From Desnuesiella massiliensis (GTDB lineage Bacteria > Bacillota > Clostridia > Clostridiales > Clostridiaceae), in the NCBI RefSeq assembly GCF_001403615.1, contig NZ_LN879456.1, forward strand, positions 306,078 to 370,077: 64,000 nt of DNA. Reading direction: 5' to 3'. The notes beneath the pieces were generated by a model. It was given only the letters and a program-made list of their open reading frames with translations. It made no database searches and was not told where the DNA came from. Position numbers and translations under genes: made by a program. Shown one piece after another: positions 41,173 to 51,603 of the stretch; positions within the stretch are counted from its first letter, which is position 1, and each line of letters begins with the position of its first letter.

Positions 41173-42162
41173 TTATATGTATCCATAAAGTCCTCGCATA
41201 GAAACCTCTCCAGATATTATGGGAAGTATAGTTCCATCCTCTTTCTCGATTATAAGTTCTCCCTGGTCATCAATATCTATTACCTTTGCAATTATAACTT
41301 CATTTTTATTTATGAGTTTAACCTCTTTTCCTATAAATATAGAATTAGCCCTACATATCTCTATAGTAGAATTTATATTGCTGTAATTAATCATTTCGTT
41401 GTATAGAGGCTCAAATTCATTCATTATCTTAGCTATTAAATTTTTTCTTATTATAGATTCACCTTTTTCTAGTTTAATAGAAGTCGCAATATCCCTAATT
41501 TCTTCTGGAAAATCCTCTAGATTTAAATTTGCATTTATTCCTATACCCATGATAATATAATTTATTTTAGTTAATTCACCACTCATTTCAGTAAGTATAC
41601 CGCAAACCTTTTTGTTATTTATAATTATGTCATTAGGCCATTTTATTCCACAATTGATATTACAATATTCTTTTATGGCTTTATGTACTGCTGCAGCAGC
41701 AATTAAGGTTATTTTAGAGGCATAGGAGGGCTCTACATCAGGCCTTAGAATTAAAGACATCCAAATTCCCTTATCTTTTGGAGAGGTCCATGCTCTGCCC
41801 AATCTTCCCTTACCAGAGCTTTGACTTTCACTAATTATTAAGGTTCCTTCTTTTTCGCCTTGTCTAGCTAGTTCTTTAGCTTTAGCATTAGTGGAATCTA
41901 TACTTTGAAAATAGTAAATATTTCTTCCTATAATATTTGTTTTTAAATGAGGGCTTATTTCTTCATAGGTTAACAGGTCAGGACTGCTAATAAGCTTATA
42001 GCCTTTATTTGATACAGAGCTTATTTCATAACCTTCTTCTTTAAGGGCTTTAATATATTTCCATATAGCAGCTCTAGTTACCCCTAAACTTTTACTTAGT
42101 TCTTCACCAGATATGTGACTATCTGAACTTTTTTTTAATAGATCAAGTATTATGCTTTTCAT
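41173..42162 (-). CDS. birA: Bifunctional biotin--[acetyl-CoA-carboxylase] ligase and biotin-operon repressor.
   Basis: N-terminal HTH (LGVTRAAIWKYIKAL), the ligase core GRGRLGRAW, and a C-terminal SH3-like domain. Confidence 0.85.
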   Translation of the reverse strand: MKSIILDLLKKSSDSHISGEELSKSLGVTRAAIWKYIKALKEEGYEISSVSNKGYKLISSPDLLTYEEISPHLKTNIIGRNIYYFQSIDSTNAKAKELARQGEKEGTLIISESQSSGKGRLGRAWTSPKDKGIWMSLILRPDVEPSYASKITLIAAAAVHKAIKEYCNINCGIKWPNDIIINNKKVCGILTEMSGELTKINYIIMGIGINANLNLEDFPEEIRDIATSIKLEKGESIIRKNLIAKIMNEFEPLYNEMINYSNINSTIEICRANSIFIGKEVKLINKNEVIIAKVIDIDDQGELIIEKEDGTILPIISGEVSMRGLYGYI

Positions 42163-42226
42163 AGCTATCATCCTTTATGATTTTAATTCATATAATTATA
42201 ACATTAACTATAAAAATTTTCTATCT

Positions 42227-42240
42227 GTAACCAATGTTAC
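42227..42240 (+). promoter_or_regulatory. Palindrome GTAAC-CAAT-GTTAC about 100 bp upstream of hcp, a candidate Crp/Fnr-family (HcpR-like) operator.
   Basis: 5-4-5 perfect inverted repeat. hcp genes in anaerobes are commonly controlled by HcpR or NsrR. Confidence 0.3.
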
Positions 42241-42332
42241 CGATATTGAAAGTTATTTTTAGTACAATAAGCTTGTAAGTTCGAAAAAATAAAAATTAAT
42301 TAATAAATATGACTTTAAGGAGGAGTAAATAA

Positions 42333-44171
42333 ATGATAACTGCTAAAACTCTTATAGGAGAAGCTTTAAAATTAAACCCAAAAGCAGCAGAAATTTTGAT
42401 GTCAAAAGGGTTAGGATGCATTGGATGTCCATCTTCACAAATGGAGTCTCTAGAAGAAGCAGCTCAAATCCATGGTATAGATGTAAATGAATTATTAAAG
42501 GATTTAAATAAGGATATTCAAACAGGTTCTAACTATGAAATGTTCTGCTATCAATGTGAACAAACTGCTGGCGGTAAAGGCTGTGTAAAGGTAGGGGTAT
42601 GTGGTAAGGATTCAAGGGTTGCTGCATTACAAGACTTATTAGTACATCAATTAAAGGGCATTGGATTCTATGGTAATATTGCTATAGAAAATGGTTTAAC
42701 CATTAGTGATAAAATAAATAGCTTTGTTATGGATGGATTATTCACTACCTTAACTAATGTAAGCTTTGATGCTGAAAAGATTGCAGCTATAGTATTAGAG
42801 GGAAATAAAGTAAAAGCAGAGCTTAAGAATATGGTAGGTGCAGTAGAAAATGTGTTTGAAGGTGCTGACTACGTGGCTCCAGAAAACATAGACGCTATGA
42901 TGGAAGATGCAAAGGCCTTTAATATTATGTCAGATGCTTCCCTTAATGAAGATATAAGATCCCTAAAGGAATTAGCTATCTATGGATTAAAAGGTATGGC
43001 AGCTTATGGTCATCATGCTTATGTTTTAGGATACCAAAATTCAGAAGTTAATAACTTCTTCTTTAAAGCTTTAAGCAAAACTTTAGACCAAAGTGTAACC
43101 CTAGAGCAGTGGGTTGGATTAAATATGGAATTAGGTTCCGTTAACTTTAAAGTTATGGAATTGTTGGACAAGGCTAATACTGATACTTATGGACATCCAG
43201 AACCAACACCAGTTGCCATTACAAAGAAAAAAGGACCTTTCATAGTGGTTTCAGGTCATGATCTTAAAGATTTAAAACAATTACTTGAACAAACAGAAGG
43301 AAAAGGAATAAATATTTATACTCATGGTGAAATGCTACCAGCTCATGCTTATCCAGAACTTAAAAAATATAGTCATTTAGCTGGAAACTATGGCGGAGCA
43401 TGGCAAGATCAACAAAAGGAATTTGATAACTTACCAGGAGCAGTTTTAATGACTACAAACTGCATACAAAAACCAAGAGATAACTATAAAGATAGAATCT
43501 TCACTTCAGGTGTAGTGGCTTGGCCAGATGTAGTTCATATTGATGATGTAAATGGAGTTAAGGATTTTACAGCTGTAGTTGAAAAAGCTCTTGAACTAGG
43601 CGGATGGTCAGAAACTGAGGAAGAAAAGACTATACTAGTTGGCTTTGGAAGAAATGCAACTTTAAGCCATGCTGGCGAGATTATAGAAGCAGTTAAAGCT
43701 GGTGCTATAAAACATTTCTTCTTAATAGGTGGTTGTGATGGAGCTAAATCAGGAAGAAATTATTATACAGAGTTAGCTACTAGCTTGCCACAAGATACAG
43801 TAATACTGACATTGGCTTGCGGTAAATATAGATTCAACAAGCTTGATTTTGGAACTGTTGCTGGATTGCCAAGGTTATTAGATGTGGGACAATGTAATGA
43901 TGCTTATTCAGCAATTAAGATAGCATTAGCTTTAGCAGAAGCCTTTAATTGCGGAGTAAATGATCTTCCACTTTCAATGATATTGTCATGGTATGAACAA
44001 AAAGCTGTATGTATACTACTAACATTATTGTCCTTAAATATTAAGAATATAAAATTAGGACCATCATTACCAGCTTTTATATCTCCAAATGTTTTACAAG
44101 TATTAGTAGACAATTTTGGAATTGCGCCAATAACTAATGCTGAAAATGACATAAAAGAAATATTAGGATAA
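42333..44171 (+). CDS. hcp: Hydroxylamine reductase (hybrid cluster protein) with a roughly 69-aa N-terminal redox-disulfide (CxxC) domain fused.
   Basis: The Hcp N-terminus MFCYQCEQTAGGKGC begins at residue 70. The preceding domain carries GCIGCP. Confidence 0.9.
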   Translation: MITAKTLIGEALKLNPKAAEILMSKGLGCIGCPSSQMESLEEAAQIHGIDVNELLKDLNKDIQTGSNYEMFCYQCEQTAGGKGCVKVGVCGKDSRVAALQDLLVHQLKGIGFYGNIAIENGLTISDKINSFVMDGLFTTLTNVSFDAEKIAAIVLEGNKVKAELKNMVGAVENVFEGADYVAPENIDAMMEDAKAFNIMSDASLNEDIRSLKELAIYGLKGMAAYGHHAYVLGYQNSEVNNFFFKALSKTLDQSVTLEQWVGLNMELGSVNFKVMELLDKANTDTYGHPEPTPVAITKKKGPFIVVSGHDLKDLKQLLEQTEGKGINIYTHGEMLPAHAYPELKKYSHLAGNYGGAWQDQQKEFDNLPGAVLMTTNCIQKPRDNYKDRIFTSGVVAWPDVVHIDDVNGVKDFTAVVEKALELGGWSETEEEKTILVGFGRNATLSHAGEIIEAVKAGAIKHFFLIGGCDGAKSGRNYYTELATSLPQDTVILTLACGKYRFNKLDFGTVAGLPRLLDVGQCNDAYSAIKIALALAEAFNCGVNDLPLSMILSWYEQKAVCILLTLLSLNIKNIKLGPSLPAFISPNVLQVLVDNFGIAPITNAENDIKEILG

Positions 44172-44177
44172 TCCTTT

Positions 44178-44209
44178 GAGAACCAGTTTTTTAAGAACTG
44201 GTTCTTTTA
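44178..44209 (+). terminator. Hairpin gaaccagtt-ttttaag-aactggttc followed by TTTT, after hcp.
   Basis: 9-bp stem plus T-run. Confidence 0.6.
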
Positions 44210-44326
44210 CTTATAGTTAATAAAATATAAAAAGCTTCTTCTCATGGAATAAAAAACATAATATAAAAGCTTAAAAAGTGAACATAATAAGATTATAGTT
44301 TTTATTTTACGGAAGAAGGCATAATT

Positions 44327-45517
44327 ATGAAGAAATTATCAATTTTCAAGAAGATTATTATTCTTTTTCTAATTCTCTTTATAGGTATTTTTAGTTATTT
44401 TTATAGTTTATATAGCAATATTCGTAATAATATATATGAGGCTACACCTAAAGAAAATGAAATTGAAGTAAAAATTAAAGGAAATATGGAACAAAAGACA
44501 GAGCATGCAGAAGAAGAGGAGAGTAACTTTCAATATCAAAAGGGAATTACCAATATACTTTTCATAGGCCTAGATGCTAGAGAAGTAAATGAAAATAGCA
44601 GATCCGATTCCATGATTATAGCTACTATTGATGAAAATAACAAGAAGTTAAAATTTACATCTATAATGCGAGACACTTATGTAAATATACCAGGCCATGG
44701 ACAGCAGAAAATAAATACAGCTTTTGCATTAGGAGGGGCTCAATTATTGTTAAAGACCTTAGAAAGTAATCTTAATATAAAAATTGAAAAATATATGGTG
44801 GTAAACTTTTGGGGATTCCAAGATATAGTAGATAGTTTGGGAGGTCTTGATATTAGTATAAAGGATTATGAGGTTGATGAGATAAATAAGTATATAGGCG
44901 AGGTCAATGAAAAAAAATCACCTAGGATTATAAAGAGTGGTTTGCAGCATTTAGATGGTCAGCAAGTACTAGCTTATACTAGAATAAGAAAAGTTGGGGA
45001 TGGATCCTTTGAAAGAAATAGGAGACAGAGAGAAGTGATGATGCTTTTAAGTGAAAGAATATTAGCAATGAATTTTTGGAATTATCCTTCTATGGTGAGT
45101 AAAATTTCTAATTATATAAAAACTAATATAGAACCTATGACTATTATTAATTATGGATATACCGTTTCTAAAATAAAACCTATGACCATTGAACAATTGC
45201 AAATACCAGTAAGCGAGTTATGTGAAGGTGGCAATTATAAAGGTAGCTGGGTTATAATAATGGATAAAAAGCAGAATAGCAATATATTAAATAATTTTAT
45301 ATATAATGATAAAATAATAGATAAAAAAGACTATGATTATAATGCATTTAAAAACATTATAAGTCAATATAAAAATTATGATAAAAAAGCATCTAATAAA
45401 AGTGCCAAGAAGATTATTAAAAGAGAAGATAATATGAATAAAGCTCCTCAGAGAAATAATGATAAATTGCAGCATAATGACGAAGAACATGACGACTATG
45501 ATTTATCTGAGGAATAG
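44327..45517 (+). CDS. LytR-CpsA-Psr (LCP) family protein with an acidic His/Asp-rich C-terminal tail.
   Basis: N-terminal TM. The LCP core is ILFIGLDAREVNENSRSDSMIIATID. Confidence 0.8.
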   Translation: MKKLSIFKKIIILFLILFIGIFSYFYSLYSNIRNNIYEATPKENEIEVKIKGNMEQKTEHAEEEESNFQYQKGITNILFIGLDAREVNENSRSDSMIIATIDENNKKLKFTSIMRDTYVNIPGHGQQKINTAFALGGAQLLLKTLESNLNIKIEKYMVVNFWGFQDIVDSLGGLDISIKDYEVDEINKYIGEVNEKKSPRIIKSGLQHLDGQQVLAYTRIRKVGDGSFERNRRQREVMMLLSERILAMNFWNYPSMVSKISNYIKTNIEPMTIINYGYTVSKIKPMTIEQLQIPVSELCEGGNYKGSWVIIMDKKQNSNILNNFIYNDKIIDKKDYDYNAFKNIISQYKNYDKKASNKSAKKIIKREDNMNKAPQRNNDKLQHNDEEHDDYDLSEE

Positions 45518-45532
45518 AATAAGATACCTTAA

Positions 45533-45573
45533 ATAGCTAGTCCGTAATTAGTATAGTGACTAGTTATTTTTTA
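45533..45573 (+). terminator. Hairpin tagctagtc...gactagtta followed by T6, after the LCP gene.
   Basis: Inverted repeat plus T-run. Confidence 0.5.
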
Positions 45574-45673
45574 TATATAAAGTATAAAATTAAAAAAATC
45601 TCTTTAAATAAGTGCATATATATAATATCATTATATTTACATCGTAGTTAAGAAATTTATAGGAGGAATTTAT

Positions 45674-46372
45674 ATGAGTATACATATTGGAGCAAAAGAT
45701 AATGCTATTGCAAAAACAGTGTTGCTTCCTGGGGATCCATTAAGGGCTAAATTCATAGCGGACACCTTCCTTGATAATGTAGTTTGTTATAATGAAGTAA
45801 GAGGAATGTACGGTTTTACAGGAAATTATAAAGGTAAGGCAGTTTCTGTTCAAGGTACTGGTATGGGCGTACCCTCTATATCTATTTATGCTAATGAGCT
45901 TATTCAAAGCTATGGAGCAAAAAATCTTATAAGAGTAGGAACTTGTGGTTCAATACAAGAAGATATTAAGGTAAGAGATGTAATCTTGGCTATGAGTGCG
46001 TGTACTGATTCTAGCATCAATAAATTAAGATTTAATGGTATGGATTTTGCACCTACTGCTAATTTTGAGTTGTTAAAAAAAGCTTATGATTATGGTATGG
46101 AGAAATACTTAAATATGAAGGCGGGCAGTGTTTTGACCTCGGATACTTTCTATCAAGACGAACAAGATGCTTGGAAAAGATGGGCTAGATTTGGAGTGCT
46201 AGCTATTGAGATGGAAACAGCTGCTCTATATACTTTAGCAGCTAAGTTTGGTGTAAATGCTTTATCTATTTTAACTGTCAGTGATAGCATTGTTACTGGT
46301 GAGGAAACTAGTGCTAAGGAAAGACAAGAAACCTTTACTAAAATGATTGAGGTAGCTTTGGAATTGGCATAA
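45674..46372 (+). CDS. deoD: Purine nucleoside phosphorylase, DeoD-type.
   Basis: Motifs [13 protein letters not shown] and GTGMGVPS. Confidence 0.9.
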   Translation: MSIHIGAKDNAIAKTVLLPGDPLRAKFIADTFLDNVVCYNEVRGMYGFTGNYKGKAVSVQGTGMGVPSISIYANELIQSYGAKNLIRVGTCGSIQEDIKVRDVILAMSACTDSSINKLRFNGMDFAPTANFELLKKAYDYGMEKYLNMKAGSVLTSDTFYQDEQDAWKRWARFGVLAIEMETAALYTLAAKFGVNALSILTVSDSIVTGEETSAKERQETFTKMIEVALELA

Positions 46373-46381
46373 ATTAAATAA

Positions 46382-46440
46382 AAATAACCTATAATTTTAG
46401 ATTTTATAAATCTTAAGTTATAGGTTATTTTTATTTTTAA
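46382..46440 (+). terminator. Long hairpin aaataacctataa...ttataggttattt followed by a T-run, after deoD.
   Basis: 13-bp stem. Confidence 0.6.
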
Positions 46441-46550
46441 AAGCATATGAAATCATTAGAAGGAATAAATATAAATAACTATATTCTATATAATTAACAA
46501 TTTTTATATGAAGACATATTATATAAGCAAAGGGAAGGAGGTTTTTGGCA

Positions 46551-47927
46551 TTGAAGAGGACTTATGTACTGGATACTAATGTTATTCTTTATTCCCCGGC
46601 AGCGTTGATGTCCTTTGGAGATAATGATGTAGTAATACCAGAGGTGGTTTTAGAAGAATTAGATTCATTCAAAAAAGATAAAACTGATTTAGGTGCTAAT
46701 GCTAGATATGCAGCAAGACTAATTGATAGATTGAGGAAATTAGGAAATTTAAATACAGGGGTTGATTTGCCAGGTGGAGGAAAACTCAGGGTAGAAATGA
46801 ACCACTATGATACAGAACTTCCAATAACCTGGGACAAAAAAAAGGCTGATAATAGAATAATACAAGTTTGTAAGGGCCTAAAGGAAAAAGGAGAAGATGT
46901 ATATTTAATAACTAAGGACACCTTTGAACGAATAAAAGCTGATATAGTAAATATTAAAGTAGAAGATTTTTATGAGAAAGTAGTGCCAGAGTATGATAAT
47001 CAATATACTGGAAGAATTGAGGTATATCTATCTTCGGAAAGCTTGGAAAAATTTTTTCACGAAAAAAAAATATCTTTAGAGAAGCTTTTATTTTATTCAG
47101 AGGAAGATCAAAAGTATTCAGTACCAACGCTAGAGGTTAATCAATTTGTCATTTTGCATAATATGGATAATCCAAAGCAAACGGCTTTAGGCAGATTTGA
47201 CGGTAAGGATATAGTACCTCTAATATTTAAGGATATGAATCTTATGGGAATAAACCCTAGAAATGTAGGACAAAGATTCATGCTTGAATGCTTGTGCAGT
47301 AATGCAGAAAAGGCACCCTTAGTGATAATAAAAGGACCAGCAGGTACAGCTAAAACCTTATTTTCCTTGGCTGCGGGATTGCATAAAATAATAGAAGAAG
47401 AAAGCGGAGAATATAGAAAGATACTAATCTGTAGACCTAATGTAACTATGGATGAGGAGATAGGGTTTTTACCCGGTACGGAACAAGAAAAGATTGCACC
47501 CTTTATGAGACCAGTATATGATAATCTACAGATATTAGTTGACTCTGATGAAAAAGAGAGATATAAAAATGAAAAGGAATTAGATGATAAGGTAAATGAA
47601 CTTTTTCAGAGAAGGATTATTACTACAGAAGCGGTGGCCTATCTTAGAGGAAGATCTATAGTGAAAAATTGGGTGATTATAGATGAAGCACAAAATTTAA
47701 CTCCTAAGCAGGTTAAGTCTATTATTACCAGAGTAGGGGAAGGAAGCAAGCTTATTCTCATTGGAGATCCAGATCAAATAGACCAACCTTTTCTAGATTC
47801 TAGATCCAATGGATTATGTTACGCATCTGAAAAAATGAAAGGCAGTCCTTTATGCTATCAAGTTACTTTAAAATTCGACGAATGTGAAAGATCTGTTCTT
47901 GCCTACGAAGCTGCTAAGAGACTTTAG
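46551..47927 (+). CDS. PIN-domain plus PhoH-like ATPase (YlaK-type).
   Basis: N-terminal PIN (VLDTNVIL) and Walker A GPAGTAKT. The TTG start at 46551 is preferred by RBS spacing; the track start is 46545. Confidence 0.75.
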   Translation: MKRTYVLDTNVILYSPAALMSFGDNDVVIPEVVLEELDSFKKDKTDLGANARYAARLIDRLRKLGNLNTGVDLPGGGKLRVEMNHYDTELPITWDKKKADNRIIQVCKGLKEKGEDVYLITKDTFERIKADIVNIKVEDFYEKVVPEYDNQYTGRIEVYLSSESLEKFFHEKKISLEKLLFYSEEDQKYSVPTLEVNQFVILHNMDNPKQTALGRFDGKDIVPLIFKDMNLMGINPRNVGQRFMLECLCSNAEKAPLVIIKGPAGTAKTLFSLAAGLHKIIEEESGEYRKILICRPNVTMDEEIGFLPGTEQEKIAPFMRPVYDNLQILVDSDEKERYKNEKELDDKVNELFQRRIITTEAVAYLRGRSIVKNWVIIDEAQNLTPKQVKSIITRVGEGSKLILIGDPDQIDQPFLDSRSNGLCYASEKMKGSPLCYQVTLKFDECERSVLAYEAAKRL

Positions 47928-47973
47928 CATCATAAATATATGATTTACAATTTAGGTATAAGATTATATAATT

Positions 47974-48004
47974 AAGCAGATAAGGTGACTTATCTGCTTT
48001 TTAT
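47974..48004 (+). terminator. Hairpin aagcagataag-gtgac-ttatctgctt followed by TTTT.
   Basis: 11-bp stem plus T-run. Confidence 0.6.
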
Positions 48005-48094
48005 GAATAAATTTATAAAAATTTAATAACTTAAATCTATTTAAAAACGTACTTAATTATTGTAAAATATACAGTGGGTTCAAATTGATATAAT

Positions 48095-49138
48095 GTGAAA
48101 ATAGAAAGGATCGATATAGGAATGAATTCAACTCCTAATATAGAAACGAAGAAGAAGCCAAGGAAGAAAAAGCTTTCTTGGAAGATGTTAATATGTTTTT
48201 TGGTATTTGAAATTATGTTTACAGGAATTACAGCTCCACTTTTAGTTTTTTATGGACCTTTTGAAAATGTAAAAACTACCATAGTAGGAGCAGCCATGAC
48301 CACATTAAGTCATCAGTATATTGCTAAGATTTTTCTTTCTGAAGAGAAAATTAATGCAATATTAAACAAAGATAGTGTAGAATCGGTTGAGCAAGTAAAG
48401 CAAGATGATATAAAGCTACCTAAAAAGCATGACAGCAGTATTGAGAGATATGATATAAGTGGTAAAAAGTTTAAAGGACATATACTGGTTATAAATGATC
48501 CTACTAGAGTTAAGGTAGGATACACTAAAAAGATGAAAAGGGAAGGACAATTAACAAGCCAAATTGCCAAAGATAATGATGCTATTGCGGCAGTAAATGG
48601 CGGTGGCTTTACAGATATTTCTTCTGATGGTAAATGGACTGGCACTGGGGGCACTCCTACAGGTCTAATAATGTCTCAAGGGGAATTAGTTTTTAGTGAT
48701 TTAGCTAATAATAATGAGAAGCGAGAAATGATGGCTCTAACTAAAGAAGGAAGATTACTGGTAGGGAAATATAGTGTAAATGAATTAATGGAGTTAAAAA
48801 CCATGGAAGCTATATCCTTTGGCCCTCCTTTAGTAATAAATGGACAACCAACTATTAAGAATGGAGATGGAGGATGGGGTATTGCACCTAGAACTGCTAT
48901 TGGACAAAGAAAAGATGGTGCTATGCTGCTACTTGTAATAGATGGCAGACAACCTTTGTATAGTGTAGGGGCTTCATTAAAGGAAGTACAGGATGTGTTA
49001 ATACAATATGGGGCCTATAACGCTACTAACCTAGATGGAGGTTCTTCAACTACAATGTACTATGACGGAGAGATTGTAAATAGACCTTCCGATAGTTTGG
49101 GAGAAAGAAGCGTGGCATCTGTAGTCTATGTAAAGTAA
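48095..49138 (+). CDS. Membrane-anchored phosphodiester glycosidase-family protein (NAGPA-like, DUF2233).
   Basis: N-terminal TM. The C-terminal NLDGGSSTTMYYDG motif is present. The start is uncertain (GTG at 48095 or ATG at 48122). Confidence 0.6.
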   Translation: MKIERIDIGMNSTPNIETKKKPRKKKLSWKMLICFLVFEIMFTGITAPLLVFYGPFENVKTTIVGAAMTTLSHQYIAKIFLSEEKINAILNKDSVESVEQVKQDDIKLPKKHDSSIERYDISGKKFKGHILVINDPTRVKVGYTKKMKREGQLTSQIAKDNDAIAAVNGGGFTDISSDGKWTGTGGTPTGLIMSQGELVFSDLANNNEKREMMALTKEGRLLVGKYSVNELMELKTMEAISFGPPLVINGQPTIKNGDGGWGIAPRTAIGQRKDGAMLLLVIDGRQPLYSVGASLKEVQDVLIQYGAYNATNLDGGSSTTMYYDGEIVNRPSDSLGERSVASVVYVK

Positions 49139-49154
49139 CAAAGGAGAGAATTAA

Positions 49155-50189
49155 ATGAAGCATTTAAAAAGAATATTAATATGGATTTTAGTTTCCCTAT
49201 CTCTTCAGCTATTAGGTCTGTTTTATATAAACAATTATTATTTGTCTAATAATGTTTCTGACATTAAGGCTAAAAAGGTAGAAAATAAAAAGCCTGAGCC
49301 AAAAAAAACCATAGATATTTCCGTACCACAAAATGCTAAACATGTTAATTTATCTTATGATGGTAAGTATTTATCTTATTATGATGGAGATATTCTAGAT
49401 GTGGTAAACACAGATAACGGAGAAATACAAAAGGTTAATTTTGAAGATGGAGTAAAGATATCTTTTTACAGATGGTTGAATGACAGAAATAGAATGCTCA
49501 TAGCTGAAAAGGCTCCAACTAAAAATAATGGAATTACATTAAAGCTTTCTTATTATGATGTAGATAGAAAAGAAAAGGTGGAAATAAAAGATTTAGCATC
49601 CATAGACCAAAAGTCTGAAGTGGTAGATATTAAAGCCTCAACTTTAACTAATGTAAAATATATAAAAGTAGCTCATTCAGGAAATAGAAGCAGTATATAT
49701 TGGCTTAATATAATGGAAGATATGAGAAAGATAGAAACAAAATCTTATTTAATTGGCAATATAGAAGTGATACCTCATGAGGATAAATTAGTTTATGAGG
49801 ATTTAACTTATAATAAAATACACGTTACCAATGTAAAAAATCCTATAACTATAACTGGTGCAAATAAATTGTCTTTGGTATCCGTAGATTCTGAGGACGT
49901 TATTTATCTAGCTCAAATGGATGGTGATAAGGTGAAGAAAATCCACTATGGCACCTTAAAGGATAGCACTGAAAAATGGTCAGTAAGCGAGATAAATTCT
50001 GAAACTGTTACCTTAAGTGATGTGTATGTATCCTTAGATGGGAAAATATTTATTAATGACAATTTAAAAGGTATAGTTAAGGAGCTAAGTTCTGGCAAAG
50101 AGGTTTCTTATGAAGGCAAATTCTTGCATATGTATAATGGCGGAATTGCTAGCATAAATGGAGGAAAACTTATAAAAACTAAATTCTAA
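49155..50189 (+). CDS. Membrane-anchored extracellular protein of unknown function (predicted beta-rich).
   Basis: Signal-anchor followed by a 300-aa region with no recognisable motifs. AAAGGAGAG precedes the ATG. Confidence 0.45.
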   Translation: MKHLKRILIWILVSLSLQLLGLFYINNYYLSNNVSDIKAKKVENKKPEPKKTIDISVPQNAKHVNLSYDGKYLSYYDGDILDVVNTDNGEIQKVNFEDGVKISFYRWLNDRNRMLIAEKAPTKNNGITLKLSYYDVDRKEKVEIKDLASIDQKSEVVDIKASTLTNVKYIKVAHSGNRSSIYWLNIMEDMRKIETKSYLIGNIEVIPHEDKLVYEDLTYNKIHVTNVKNPITITGANKLSLVSVDSEDVIYLAQMDGDKVKKIHYGTLKDSTEKWSVSEINSETVTLSDVYVSLDGKIFINDNLKGIVKELSSGKEVSYEGKFLHMYNGGIASINGGKLIKTKF

Positions 50190-50275
50190 GGGGCAGCTTT
50201 TAGTTTGCTCCTTTTAAATTATATTATTTTAATGATATAATATTTCTAAATACTTTGCTTCAAGGAGGAAAAAAC

Positions 50276-50932
50276 GTGAGAAATTTACTTTCAATGGATA
50301 TACAGGGTATAGTGTTAAAAATACCAGCAATTTTGATTGCTTTTACCTTTCATGAATATGCTCATGCCTACATGGCGGATAAACTTGGAGATAAAACTCC
50401 AAGATTTCAGGGAAGGCTAACCTTTAATCCTATAGCACACATCGACCCTATAGGTTTTTTACTGATATTAGTTGCAGGCTTTGGTTGGGCGAAACCAGTA
50501 CAGACTAATCCTAGTGCATACAAGCGTTATTATAAGGATGATTTAAAGGTTTCCTTTGCAGGACCTTTAGCTAATTTAATTGTAGCTCTAGTATTCTCTA
50601 TTATATTTGGCATATATTTAAAATTTGGTAACTATATACCTAATGCTTCCCTTGCCTCAATATTGTGGAAAATAATTTTTAATGTGATTTATATAAATAT
50701 AATATTATTCTTTTTTAATTTGATACCACTTCCAGGTCTAGATGGATTTCATATTTTAAGAGATTTATTTCCTAAAGTATTTTATCAATTCGGTGATTTT
50801 ATTTATAGATATCAAATGGTTATACTAATAATATTTATAATGACACCTATATCAAATGTACTTATTGGTTATCCAACGGAATTTGTTCTAGAAAAATTGC
50901 TAAAAATAACTTCTTTAATTGCTAAAATTTAA
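50276..50932 (+). CDS. Peptidase M50-family (site-2 protease-like) membrane metalloprotease.
   Basis: HEYAHAYMA HExxH motif within a TM helix. The GTG at 50276 is 8 nt after AGGAGG. Confidence 0.6.
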   Translation: MRNLLSMDIQGIVLKIPAILIAFTFHEYAHAYMADKLGDKTPRFQGRLTFNPIAHIDPIGFLLILVAGFGWAKPVQTNPSAYKRYYKDDLKVSFAGPLANLIVALVFSIIFGIYLKFGNYIPNASLASILWKIIFNVIYINIILFFFNLIPLPGLDGFHILRDLFPKVFYQFGDFIYRYQMVILIIFIMTPISNVLIGYPTEFVLEKLLKITSLIAKI

Positions 50933-50956
50933 TTTAACAACCTAGGAGGAGACTCT

Positions 50957-51601
50957 ATGAGATTAAGAAAGAAATGGTGGGCTAGACCGGAGATGGAAGC
51001 TAGTTCTATAGTAATAACAAGACCTTTTGATAAGAAAGGTTTATGGAAAGAGGAATTTGGTAATAGTAATCCTATCCACTTAGAGTTAGGCTGCGGGAGA
51101 GGAAAGTTTATCTGCGAAAAGGCTAAGGAAAATCCTAATATCAACTATATTGCAATAGATTTAAAGGATGAGGTTTTGGTGTACGGAGTTAGAAAGGTAC
51201 AAGAAGCCGAATTAAGTAATGTAAGATTTATACCTATGAACATAGGTTTCATAGCAGATGTGTTTGATAAGGATGAAATAAGCAAAATATATATAAATTT
51301 CTGCAATCCTTGGCCTAAGAAAAGCCATAACAAGAGAAGGCTAACTCATACTAAGCTTTTGACAGAGTATAAAAAGTTTATAAAACCAGAAACAGAGATT
51401 TGGTTTAAAACCGATGATGTAGATTTGTTTGAAGCTTCTTTAGACTACTTTAAAGACAATAGCTTTAGCTTAGAATTTGTTACCTATGACTTACATCAAT
51501 CTGGATTTGATAAAAATATAATGACAGAATACGAAGAAAAGTTTACTAGCCTTGGAATGAAGACCATGTTTCTTATAGGAAAGCTAAATACTACAAACTA
51601 A
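50957..51601 (+). CDS. trmB: tRNA (guanine46-N7)-methyltransferase.
   Basis: Motifs [10 protein letters not shown] and NFCNPWPKK. Confidence 0.85.
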   Translation: MRLRKKWWARPEMEASSIVITRPFDKKGLWKEEFGNSNPIHLELGCGRGKFICEKAKENPNINYIAIDLKDEVLVYGVRKVQEAELSNVRFIPMNIGFIADVFDKDEISKIYINFCNPWPKKSHNKRRLTHTKLLTEYKKFIKPETEIWFKTDDVDLFEASLDYFKDNSFSLEFVTYDLHQSGFDKNIMTEYEEKFTSLGMKTMFLIGKLNTTN

Positions 51602-51603
51602 TA

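Noticed and set aside
46551-47927. The PIN-domain protein as a toxin of a toxin-antitoxin or defence system.
   Set aside because: It is the PIN plus PhoH-ATPase fusion (YlaK type), a conserved housekeeping protein. There is no small antitoxin partner, and no neighbouring defence genes such as restriction-modification, Abi or other systems were seen in the window.
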